A stretch of 63,364 nt of DNA from Promethearchaeota archaeon. GTDB lineage: Archaea > Asgardarchaeota > Lokiarchaeia > Sigyniarchaeales > SOKP01. Each line of letters begins with the position of its first letter. The stretch's first letter is position 1. A model generated the notes under the pieces. The model was not told where the DNA came from and made no database searches. It worked only from the letters and a program-made list of their open reading frames with translations. A program made the translations under genes and the position numbers. Below, piece by piece: positions 38,994-47,970 of this stretch. The DNA lies in assembly GCA_048938005.1 (NCBI GenBank), contig JBHLMQ010000007.1, positions 1 to 63,364 of the forward strand, in the 5' to 3' direction.

Positions 38994-39650
38994 ATGTCTG
39001 AAAAAAAAATTTCGCGAATCATTGAGTTAAATGAAGATTTGATTGAAAACAACGATAGATTGGCAGAACGGAATAAACAACTATTAAAAGAGAAGAATAT
39101 AAGAGCTTTCGATTTTGTTGGAGCAATAGGAGCAGGAAAAACGGCAATTATAGAATGTATTTCTGAAAAAATAGCAGATGATTATAGAATTTTTGTTATT
39201 AATGGTGATGTTGCTACTAGAATCGATGCTGATAGAATTGAAAAACATGGAGTTAGTACAATTCAGATTAATACTGGTCGGGAATGTGCCTTGAATTCAT
39301 ATCATATTTCCCAAGTTTTGCAAAATTATGATTTAAATGGAGTCGATATTCTTTTCATAGAAAATGTGGGGAATTTGATTTGTCCTTCTGATTTTATTCT
39401 TGGTGCTGAGAAAAGGATTGTAGTAGTTTCCATAACAGAAGGACCTTGGGTAATACGAAAGCATCCTATGTTATTTAAATATTCTGACATTGCCGTTATT
39501 AATAAAATTGATCTAAAAGATATTATGGATGTCAACATTGAAGATATGATAAAGGATGCAAAAGAAATTAATCCAAATCTTAAAACTATTGTTACAAGCG
39601 CTGCAACAGGGGAAAATATCTCCAAACTTATAAATTATATTTTAAATTAG
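38994..39650 (+). CDS. hypB: Hydrogenase nickel incorporation GTPase HypB
   Basis: GAIGAGKT, GDV...DA, QINTGREC, FIENVGNLICP, NKID. Confidence 0.92.
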   Translation: MSEKKISRIIELNEDLIENNDRLAERNKQLLKEKNIRAFDFVGAIGAGKTAIIECISEKIADDYRIFVINGDVATRIDADRIEKHGVSTIQINTGRECALNSYHISQVLQNYDLNGVDILFIENVGNLICPSDFILGAEKRIVVVSITEGPWVIRKHPMLFKYSDIAVINKIDLKDIMDVNIEDMIKDAKEINPNLKTIVTSAATGENISKLINYILN

Positions 39651-39714
39651 TTAAATTAAGAATAAAAGCTAAAGAGCATAATATTATAAATAAGTAAAAA
39701 AGTTCTGATGGATC

Positions 39715-40143
39715 ATGTCAATAAGGCAATATAATACTGAATTAGGGACTTTAATTGATAAAATTGTTAAAGTATATATTGATCAAGATAAATTCTTTGT
39801 CGGACAATTAAAGGGGATCTCAGAAGATTCAAATATAATTCTCATTAACGCCAAAAATGAAAAAAACAAATCCTTTCCTAAATTATTTATAAGAAATAGT
39901 TTTTATAACTTTGTAAGTTTGGAAGAAGAACCTTTCCCTATGCAAGCTTTAGCGGATAGAATAGCAACAATTTTTTCGAAAGGACATGTAGATTATATTG
40001 AAGACCAAAATATAATATCAATATTAAATGGTAAAATTATTGTTGATGAAAATGGAGTCCGAGGAGAAGGACCTTCAGCAGATAGAGTAAGAAAGATCTA
40101 TGACCAATTTAAAATGGATTTAGAAAATCCTATAGAAGAATAA
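39715..40143 (+). CDS. Lsm/Sm-like protein with C-terminal domain (SmAP3-like)
   Basis: LIDKIVKV...FVGQLKGI..NIILINA...KLFIRN Sm fold plus about 70-aa extension. Confidence 0.75.
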   Translation: MSIRQYNTELGTLIDKIVKVYIDQDKFFVGQLKGISEDSNIILINAKNEKNKSFPKLFIRNSFYNFVSLEEEPFPMQALADRIATIFSKGHVDYIEDQNIISILNGKIIVDENGVRGEGPSADRVRKIYDQFKMDLENPIEE

Positions 40144-40170
40144 CTTTTTTTTCAGATTTTTTTGCTATTT

Positions 40171-40668
40171 TTATTTTCCAAATAAATTCAGTAAGTTCTT
40201 TAATTCAAGATCTACGATAATATTTTTCATAACAGCTTTTCCTAAAGGTGCTATTTTAATTATTCCTAACTCATCGAAGTTTCTTATATAATCATTATCA
40301 ATTAAAAACTGAATATCTGTATCCCAATTTTCACTGAATATTTCTTTTAAATCCTCAATTTTTATATTCTCATCAACTTCTTTACTTAAAGCAATTATTA
40401 AAGCTAAAGTACCATATTGAGAGGGGGTAATATTATCATCTTTGCCATCAGAAGTTAAAATATAAAATTGCTGATCGAGAAATTTAGTTTTGATAAGTTC
40501 AAAACCAACATTTCTTAAATTAAGATAGACATTGCTCATTATTTCTTCAAAATTAGCTTCTTTGCTTAGATTTTTAAGATCTTCTTCCCTGATAATTTTT
40601 TGAGGATTTGTTAAAATTAATTTGGTGATATTTTTTACTATCTCATCAATTTCAGAATATTCACTCAT
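40171..40668 (-). CDS. Tandem winged-helix (KITE; MAGE/Nse3-like) protein
   Basis: FEEIMSNVYLNLRNVGFEL...FYILTS...PSQYGTLALIIAL resembles the MAGE homology domain; lies directly after the SMC-like gene. Confidence 0.5.
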   Translation of the reverse strand: MSEYSEIDEIVKNITKLILTNPQKIIREEDLKNLSKEANFEEIMSNVYLNLRNVGFELIKTKFLDQQFYILTSDGKDDNITPSQYGTLALIIALSKEVDENIKIEDLKEIFSENWDTDIQFLIDNDYIRNFDELGIIKIAPLGKAVMKNIIVDLELKNLLNLFGK

Positions 40669-42322
40669 TAATATCTTCAACCTCATTAATGGTTATGATT
40701 TTCAACTTTTCAATTTCTTTTTTTAATTCTAAGTTTGGGAGGATAAAAATTAAATTAAATTTGGATAAATCCTCCTCTCTTTCAAAAAGTGGCAAAATTT
40801 TTCTTATTGTTCTGTAAATAGAACCTGCTTTATTATATTTACTCAAGAATGATTTATTTGAAAAAATTATATTTTCTACTTTAAAATAGATCTTAATAGT
40901 AACATAAAAAGCTATAATGAAAAATATTTTTTCTGGAGTAGTTAATTCTTCAAAAAGTACTTTTTCTTTATCCTTTCTAATGAATTCAATATTAATGAAA
41001 AAAGATTTATTATCATTCTTTACTATGATCCTAAATTGAGATTTTAAATTTATCTCTAGCAAAAATTTATTTGTTAAAGATTCGATATTGTTCAGGATTT
41101 GCTCCAATTCTCTAAATCCTTGTAGACATTCAGAAATTTCTTTTTCATTTATATTGATAATAATATCGGAACTATTTTTCGTTAATTTTTCATTAAGTTC
41201 ATTTAATTTTTGAATAATTTGAGACAAATCCTTAGGATTCTGAGGATTATAATAATTTTTTTGAATTGTGATTTTTTTTAATTTCAAATCTGTTTTTTCA
41301 ATATCTTCTTTAATTTCTTTTATAGGTCTCAATAAATTTATATCAAAATCATTAATTTTTTCTTTTTGTGCAAGATCCTCATCCTTTATTTTATTTTTAA
41401 GTTCAGATTGCAGATCTTTTATTCTCTTTTCTTCAGAATTTATCATATCCAAAATTCTTTGATAATCCTTTTTATATGTTTCAAAAATAGGAATAAGTTC
41501 ATCCAATTTTATTTGAGTTTGATTTTTCTCTGATGTAATACCATTAATTTCAAATTGAATTTCCTTTGCTTTCTTTTGAAGATTTTTAATTTTTTCAGCG
41601 TTTGTTAAATTGCTATCAGACTCTATCACATGAAAATTTGTCTTATTTTTTGAGTTTTGAGTATCTCCTGACATATTTCTAGTGATTCTATTAATATCAC
41701 TAAAATATTTTTTTTTTTGGGCGATTAATTCTTGGATCTTTTTATTATAATTATTTATTGTTTTTTTAATCTCGTTAGTCTGGTTTTTCAACTGGAAATA
41801 ATCTTCTTCTAAATACTCCAATTTAATTTTATTTTCAGCTAAGGACTCATTCAATTTTTTCAATAAATCAGTTCTAGCTATAATATCGCTCGATTTTTTA
41901 TATTGGGAAGACAATTCAAGTTCTCTTAAAAGAGATTGCTTTTTTTTTAAAAGTCTATTATATCTAAGAATATATACTAAAATTTTCATAATTTTATTTA
42001 ATTGAGAAGAAAAATCTATATTATTAGAAATTATTTTACGGTAATCGTGTATGTAATCCAAAAGATGATTTGATTTTAATAATCGAGGAGAGTTTTCAGT
42101 TTCTACTTGTAAAAGATCAATAAATCTTTCCAAACTAATTAGATTTAAATCTTGAGAAATTTCGAGAAATAAATCATTTTTATAATTATTGATTGAATTC
42201 TTTTTGATTTTTCCCTTAATTAATGTGAATCTATCTCTAATTAATACTTCCTTCGAGCCAATGAACACCTTAAAGTTATTTTTTGAAATACTTATTCCTC
42301 CTTTTTTTCTATGTATTTGCAA
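40661..42322 (-). CDS. SMC-like coiled-coil protein with degenerate ABC head
   Basis: NNFKVF..KEVLI..FTLIKG (Walker A lost); long coiled coil; EELTTPEKIFFIIAF in place of LSGGEK. Confidence 0.6.
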   Translation of the reverse strand: MQIHRKKGGISISKNNFKVFIGSKEVLIRDRFTLIKGKIKKNSINNYKNDLFLEISQDLNLISLERFIDLLQVETENSPRLLKSNHLLDYIHDYRKIISNNIDFSSQLNKIMKILVYILRYNRLLKKKQSLLRELELSSQYKKSSDIIARTDLLKKLNESLAENKIKLEYLEEDYFQLKNQTNEIKKTINNYNKKIQELIAQKKKYFSDINRITRNMSGDTQNSKNKTNFHVIESDSNLTNAEKIKNLQKKAKEIQFEINGITSEKNQTQIKLDELIPIFETYKKDYQRILDMINSEEKRIKDLQSELKNKIKDEDLAQKEKINDFDINLLRPIKEIKEDIEKTDLKLKKITIQKNYYNPQNPKDLSQIIQKLNELNEKLTKNSSDIIININEKEISECLQGFRELEQILNNIESLTNKFLLEINLKSQFRIIVKNDNKSFFINIEFIRKDKEKVLFEELTTPEKIFFIIAFYVTIKIYFKVENIIFSNKSFLSKYNKAGSIYRTIRKILPLFEREEDLSKFNLIFILPNLELKKEIEKLKIITINEVEDINE

Positions 42323-43349
42323 AGTGATCTTTATATTCCTTATACTCTTTTTCTTTTTTCTTCTTTCTCTCTCTAATTAAATCAAGCGGATCCTTATCCT
42401 CGTCCTTTTGAATCATATATTTTTCATGAAAGCTTTTTTCAAATTGAGACTTAAATTTTTTAATTTTTTTAGATACTTCGTCACTAATCTCAATTGAAGG
42501 TTTTTCAGTTGAATCTTCAGTAATATCAGTTAATTTTTCTCTCCTCTTCTTCCGCCTTAACCTTTTAAATTCTGTATCGGAGAGCTTCAAATATTCTTCA
42601 TATGTTTTCTTTTGCTCCTCTTGTTTCTTTTTTAATTTTTCTAATTCTTCTTTCTCTCTTAATTTTTTCAAAAGTTGTTTTTTAATACTTAACTCTTTTT
42701 GAGATAAACCTTCTTCGATTGTTTTCATAAATTCGTTAAATGTTATTTTAGGATTCTCTTTGAAAATTCTTTCATATTCATTTATTAAAAGTGGATCTAT
42801 ATCTTTGGGGATTCTACTTAATTCTTTTTTAAGTTTCTGTTCTAGTAAATTTAGATAATAAATTTTCATTCTAGCTATTGATTTTAAAAAAACTGTATTA
42901 TAATTCAATGAATCTAGAAGGTTTAACCATTGCGAGATTCCAATTGAAGGGAGAAATGATACATAATCGATGATTTTACTAATTTTTCTGTCTTCAATTA
43001 GAGATAATCCTATTTTTTTTGTTGATTCTTTATTAATGTCTAAATTTTTTAAATTATCTTTAAAATCTTCTTTATATTTTGTGATTAACAGGTCCTGAAA
43101 GTTTAGGAATTTATTGAGATTTTCTTTCGTAAATTTCTTTAATTTTTTATTTATCCCTTCGAGCAATTCTTTTACGATAGATATTTGAGAGAGAAAGTTC
43201 TCATCAAGAAAATATTTTTCAATGTTATGTATATTTTTAACAGCATTTAATGAGCTACGATTTAATAAATCCAATTCTCCCTGTAGATCATCTATTGGAT
43301 TAAACAATTCCTTTACTTTTTCTAAATTAAATATCTCGTTATTATTCAT
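42309..43349 (-). CDS. Hypothetical helical/coiled-coil protein
   Basis: 346-aa ORF, K/E-rich C-terminal half, overlaps the next gene. Confidence 0.7.
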   Translation of the reverse strand: MNNNEIFNLEKVKELFNPIDDLQGELDLLNRSSLNAVKNIHNIEKYFLDENFLSQISIVKELLEGINKKLKKFTKENLNKFLNFQDLLITKYKEDFKDNLKNLDINKESTKKIGLSLIEDRKISKIIDYVSFLPSIGISQWLNLLDSLNYNTVFLKSIARMKIYYLNLLEQKLKKELSRIPKDIDPLLINEYERIFKENPKITFNEFMKTIEEGLSQKELSIKKQLLKKLREKEELEKLKKKQEEQKKTYEEYLKLSDTEFKRLRRKKRREKLTDITEDSTEKPSIEISDEVSKKIKKFKSQFEKSFHEKYMIQKDEDKDPLDLIRERKKKKEKEYKEYKDHFANT

Positions 43350-43369
43350 AAATAGTTAAGAGATTTTTT

Positions 43370-44479
43370 TTATATTTCTGGAGGCCCAAGGCTCCCTTTT
43401 TTATTTTTTTCATAATTAATTGCATATCTTGAGATTTTTTTAGTGTTACTTAAAATATCCTGTCTCTCAACATGAATAGCAGTACCACCGACTAACTTTA
43501 AAGATTGATAAAAATTATCATATGTTAATAATCCTGTATTTATTGATTTTAATAGAGCAACCCTAGTACCTCGTTCAATGTCTGATCCAGAATAGCCATA
43601 TGATAATTCTAAAAGACCACCTACTTTATTCCTTTTTTTGAATTCTTCCCATAAAATTCCATTATCAAATTCAGAGACATTTCGTCCTAACTTTGCTTCT
43701 AAATTTTTTGATACTGTTTGAACTTCTTTATATTCATTTTTTAAATTTGCTAAAATTGAATCATCAACTCCGATTTTTGCATTTTTTATCTTGTTGATAA
43801 AAGATTCAATAATTTTTTTTCTTAAATGAAAATCTGGAAAATCAAATTTAAAATGGAATGTAAATCGTCGCCAGATAGCTGAATCTAATTGATTTTGATG
43901 ATTTGTAGCTCCAAAAATGGCAAGAGGTACTCCCTCGTAATTTATTTTATCAATAACTTGGAGAAAAGAAATTACTGCTCTTTTAATTTCTCCTACTTCA
44001 TGAATATTCGATCTCTCAGAACCAATAGCATCAATTTCATCAAAAAATAAAATAAAAGCGCCTCTTTCTTTAGAAATTTCAGCAGCTAATTCAACAACAC
44101 CACGAATATTCTTAATGGTATCTCCTAGTAAAGGCGAAACAAGCCTATCGGATTCTACAACGCATATTGGGATATCAAATTTCTTAGCAAAACCTCTAGT
44201 TAATGAGGTTTTTCCTGTACCTGGAGGGCCATAAAGAAGAACAGTTAGATTTGGAGCTAATTTAGTATTTTTTAAATTTTCAGTAAATTCATCATACTTT
44301 TTTAAGGCTTTAAAAAAATCATCCAAAATCTCTTTTTTAACTTCATTTCCTAAAATATCATCTATTGTTTCTTTAATATCTGAAGGAAAGTAAATTGCTC
44401 CATATTTTCCAATTCGGTCTTTTATTATGTCATCAGAGTATGTTAATTTATCTTCCTTCTCAATGTTAGATTTGGGCAC
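43370..44479 (-). CDS. Single-ring AAA+ ATPase
   Basis: GPPGTGKT, FFDEID, ATN..LDSAIWRRF, GYSGSDI. Confidence 0.92.
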   Translation of the reverse strand: MPKSNIEKEDKLTYSDDIIKDRIGKYGAIYFPSDIKETIDDILGNEVKKEILDDFFKALKKYDEFTENLKNTKLAPNLTVLLYGPPGTGKTSLTRGFAKKFDIPICVVESDRLVSPLLGDTIKNIRGVVELAAEISKERGAFILFFDEIDAIGSERSNIHEVGEIKRAVISFLQVIDKINYEGVPLAIFGATNHQNQLDSAIWRRFTFHFKFDFPDFHLRKKIIESFINKIKNAKIGVDDSILANLKNEYKEVQTVSKNLEAKLGRNVSEFDNGILWEEFKKRNKVGGLLELSYGYSGSDIERGTRVALLKSINTGLLTYDNFYQSLKLVGGTAIHVERQDILSNTKKISRYAINYEKNKKGSLGPPEI

Positions 44480-44505
44480 ATTTTTTCAACTCTTTTCTTT
44501 AAATT

Positions 44506-45807
44506 CTAATTTTTTTTATTTTTAAAATTCTTACAATAAATTGCGATTTCATTAATAAAATCTTTAAGATTATCAATTTGTGAACCAATAAAATTAAAAA
44601 TTTCTTTACGATATTGAATTGAATCTCTTATTTTCATCTTATCTAATCCCAAATAATTAGGAAAGCATATTAATTTCATTAAATATGGAAGTACCTTTTC
44701 ATTTGTCTGTAGATCATTAAAGATAGCGTAAAATATATTTTCATCAGATAATTTCCATTTCAAAATTCCCATATATATAAGGAATGCAAAATTCATGGAA
44801 ATCCAATTAACCAACTCTTTTGATAAAAAGCCTCGTCTTTGAGAAGCAAAAGCTAAGTAATATAATACTAATGTTTCATTGCTAAATTGTGGATAGAGTC
44901 TCACTGTTCCATCTGATTGTTTATTATCTCGCAAGAAGTTATTTTCCAATAATATTTCTACAAATCCTTCCTGAGGTGCTAGGAATATCCCATCAATTAG
45001 ACGTAAGCCAATGCGTTCTGCAATTTTCTCTATAGCTTCTTCTTCTGCATTCGCAATTGAGTCAATGTAGGGTAGAAAGACATCATTTTTTAAGATCATT
45101 GGAAGTTCATAGTTTTCTTTTTCGGGGAACTCCCCAAAATTAGGATCTAAGTTATAAAGTGAAGTTAAATTGTTAATAATTTGATAAATTTTGGGTGATA
45201 TACCAGGAATTTCAAAATAATCTGAGTGTTCTAAATTTTCTCGATAATATGTATGAGGCTGTAAAAGATGTCTTTGACACTCATAGAAATCAGTAGATTC
45301 CTTTAACAAATTTTCATATATGATTTTAAGATTTGCTCCTCTTGGGAAAAGTCTATCTTCAATAAATTTAACTAATTGAAATAAATAAGTACTTTCTATA
45401 TTTATTTCATCAGGGTTCGTTATATGGCGTAAAATATTTAATGCATCGATAGATTCATGAAGAAATTCTACAATATAATCTTTTATATCTATAATAGGGA
45501 TTTTTTCCCGATATTTAATAATGAAATCTTTAATAATTTCATAAATATTCGATCTATACATAGCAGAAAATTCTGATAAAGCTCTAACCTTACGAATATT
45601 TCTTTTTTCTTCTTCTTGACGTATTTTATCTAAAATTTCGGTATCTAGTAATAAATCTGCATCTAAATCAATAATTATTCTTCTTGTTTCTCTAAGAATT
45701 GGGCGCATATGGCTTAAAAAAGTTAAATATCTTGGTAAAATATCTGTCCATTTCTCTCTTTTTCTTCCTGGTTTTACTATTCTCGTAGATTTTTTCTTAT
45801 AACTCAT
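44506..45807 (-). CDS. Hypothetical protein
   Basis: 433-aa ORF in a tightly packed operon; no family recognised. Confidence 0.75.
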   Translation of the reverse strand: MSYKKKSTRIVKPGRKREKWTDILPRYLTFLSHMRPILRETRRIIIDLDADLLLDTEILDKIRQEEEKRNIRKVRALSEFSAMYRSNIYEIIKDFIIKYREKIPIIDIKDYIVEFLHESIDALNILRHITNPDEINIESTYLFQLVKFIEDRLFPRGANLKIIYENLLKESTDFYECQRHLLQPHTYYRENLEHSDYFEIPGISPKIYQIINNLTSLYNLDPNFGEFPEKENYELPMILKNDVFLPYIDSIANAEEEAIEKIAERIGLRLIDGIFLAPQEGFVEILLENNFLRDNKQSDGTVRLYPQFSNETLVLYYLAFASQRRGFLSKELVNWISMNFAFLIYMGILKWKLSDENIFYAIFNDLQTNEKVLPYLMKLICFPNYLGLDKMKIRDSIQYRKEIFNFIGSQIDNLKDFINEIAIYCKNFKNKKN

Positions 45808-45832
45808 TTTATTCTCTCAAATTATAGATATT

Positions 45833-46972
45833 TTATTCTTCATCATAACCTACTAGAATTTCAGTAAATATATTAGATATCTCAATAAATATGGGGATTT
45901 CAACTCGGCATAAGTTACCTAATATCCATTTATTAACATCCTTGAGAAGAAATCTTATCTGGTTATGAATTTTTTTGTTTATTTCTGAATCGATAACTTT
46001 AGACAACCACAAGCCTCCTCCTATTCTATAAGCAACAATTTTGATGAGCGGCTCAAATAATGGTTCTAACACTTGTTTCATCATCCAAGATTTTGGGATC
46101 ACACTCATATTTTTTTCATTAAAACTAGGATCGTTTAAAATTGGATTGGTTTCATCCACTTTTAATTTAGGCATGAAACTGAGTAATAAAATTAAAGCAA
46201 ATATGGCTGAAATCCCATTAATTGTATAAGAGCCACCGATTTTTTCGATATCATCTCTATTTATAGCAATATTTGCTAAAAACATGCAAATAAAAACATT
46301 TCTATCAAAATTTTCTGAAACATAAGCATATCCTAATTCTTCATCAATGATTAAATATTTTTCTTCAAGAATCTTTATTATATCATCTGGAAAGGAATAG
46401 AAAGTGTAAACTTTTTCTTCACTCCTTCTCACATCCTTTTCAATTACAAGTTTTTTAGATACAAGGCCAAACATTTTAGCAAGTTCTTGAAGCTGGTTTT
46501 TCACATAATGACGTGGTTTATTTGGATCTCCAAACATAGCAAAAAATTGATGATCAACGATATGGAAGTCATTTCTCTTGCTAAATGCCTCAACCATTCT
46601 ATCTATTATTGGCCCTTGAGTTCCAGATGCAATAGCTTTCGCTTTTGAGGTTATAAATCCATTCAACAGTTCATTTATAATAAAATCTTGCTCGTGAGTT
46701 CGTGAATTTAAAATTTTTTCAAAAGCATCGGAAAAATTCTTGGTGTTTGGAAAAAAAGCATTCTGTATTTTATCGTTGATAGATTTTAATAATATATCTC
46801 CATTATTTTTTGGAAAATGAAGCTTCATATTACTTAATCTTTGTATTAAAGCTTCTTTAGCACCTGGAATGTTTTCTATATCTCTTTTTTGTAATTCTTC
46901 TATAGCCTTTTCAAGATCTCCTTGAAAATCATTTAATAATCCGTTCCATGTTACATCTTTAGCTTCTGTCAT
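45833..46972 (-). CDS. Hypothetical protein
   Basis: 379-aa ORF; no family recognised. Confidence 0.75.
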   Translation of the reverse strand: MTEAKDVTWNGLLNDFQGDLEKAIEELQKRDIENIPGAKEALIQRLSNMKLHFPKNNGDILLKSINDKIQNAFFPNTKNFSDAFEKILNSRTHEQDFIINELLNGFITSKAKAIASGTQGPIIDRMVEAFSKRNDFHIVDHQFFAMFGDPNKPRHYVKNQLQELAKMFGLVSKKLVIEKDVRRSEEKVYTFYSFPDDIIKILEEKYLIIDEELGYAYVSENFDRNVFICMFLANIAINRDDIEKIGGSYTINGISAIFALILLLSFMPKLKVDETNPILNDPSFNEKNMSVIPKSWMMKQVLEPLFEPLIKIVAYRIGGGLWLSKVIDSEINKKIHNQIRFLLKDVNKWILGNLCRVEIPIFIEISNIFTEILVGYDEE

Positions 46973-46999
46973 GGTATTTACTCAATTTCTATATATGTT

Positions 47000-47968
47000 T
47001 TAGCCCTCTTTTGTCCATTTTAATTCAATTGATATGGTTTTTAAAGCATTAATTAGAGGTCTAATAAGCTTCTTATTATAAATATTTGGAGATGAAATAC
47101 CTTTCTGGGCTTTCCATCCCATTTGAGTGCCATTTCCCATATCTCTTTGTCCATATTTCAAAATATTACTCAAATCTCGGACCCACCAATAAAACCTTAA
47201 CCATTTTTTATTTGGATTATCCTTAGAATAAATCACTACTATCGCTTTCCATTCACCCATCAACCATTTAAGAGTTATCCCACTTACCGGCAAATAAAAA
47301 TTAATTGGAAAATTTGCATGAAAATGCAAATCTAGGTCTTCTGGAAGTATATTAAAAATCGGTTGGTTGTATCCTTCTAATATAACAATTTCCCCACAAT
47401 GTTGGCATTCATAATGGGATTTCATTTTATCCATTTTATTCTGACATTTAGGACATGTTTTATTTTCAATTATCCTATATTTTATAATCTCTAAATTCTT
47501 TTCTTTTTCTAAATCTTCTTTTGTTTTAGCATCTTGTTTTCCATATTTTCCACTCCAACCCCACATATCATCAAAAAAATTATCAGTCTTCCCCAAAGCT
47601 TCAATAAGATTATTTAAAACATATTTATCATAGATTTTGAACATACCAGCATGTTGATAATTTTTCCACCAAGATAATCTCACATATTTCTCTTCCTTTA
47701 AATAAGCGCTATGGCAAATTAATGCAGCAAATAATCGATTTTCAGTTTTTTGTATCGTAATACCTTTTTCACAGATTTCATATTGTTTATTTAAGCTTGC
47801 ATTTTTATGAAAATATTCACCCTCTTGAAATTTACCCTTCTCAGTATCCTTTTTTTCTTTTGTTTTTGCTTCTTTTTCCTTCTGTTTGATAATTTTTTTA
47901 CATTGAGGACACTGAAAAATACCTGCTATTAAAGGTTCCATCTCAATATCACACGCTGGACATTTCAA
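47000..47968 (-). CDS. Protein with two (zinc ribbon + PC4-like) modules
   Basis: CPAC..CPQC and CPKC..CQHC, each followed by GIT..YVRLSWW / GIT..WLRFYWW...WKAQKGIS. Confidence 0.55.
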   Translation of the reverse strand: MKCPACDIEMEPLIAGIFQCPQCKKIIKQKEKEAKTKEKKDTEKGKFQEGEYFHKNASLNKQYEICEKGITIQKTENRLFAALICHSAYLKEEKYVRLSWWKNYQHAGMFKIYDKYVLNNLIEALGKTDNFFDDMWGWSGKYGKQDAKTKEDLEKEKNLEIIKYRIIENKTCPKCQNKMDKMKSHYECQHCGEIVILEGYNQPIFNILPEDLDLHFHANFPINFYLPVSGITLKWLMGEWKAIVVIYSKDNPNKKWLRFYWWVRDLSNILKYGQRDMGNGTQMGWKAQKGISSPNIYNKKLIRPLINALKTISIELKWTKEG

Positions 47969-47970
47969 TT

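Noticed and set aside
38994-39650. hypB without hydrogenase genes nearby
   Set aside because: hyp genes are commonly scattered in archaea.
43370-44479. AAA ATPase as Vps4/CdvC or PAN
   Set aside because: No N-terminal MIT or coiled-coil/OB domain, non-aromatic pore loop (SPLLG), and no recognisable ESCRT-III neighbours.
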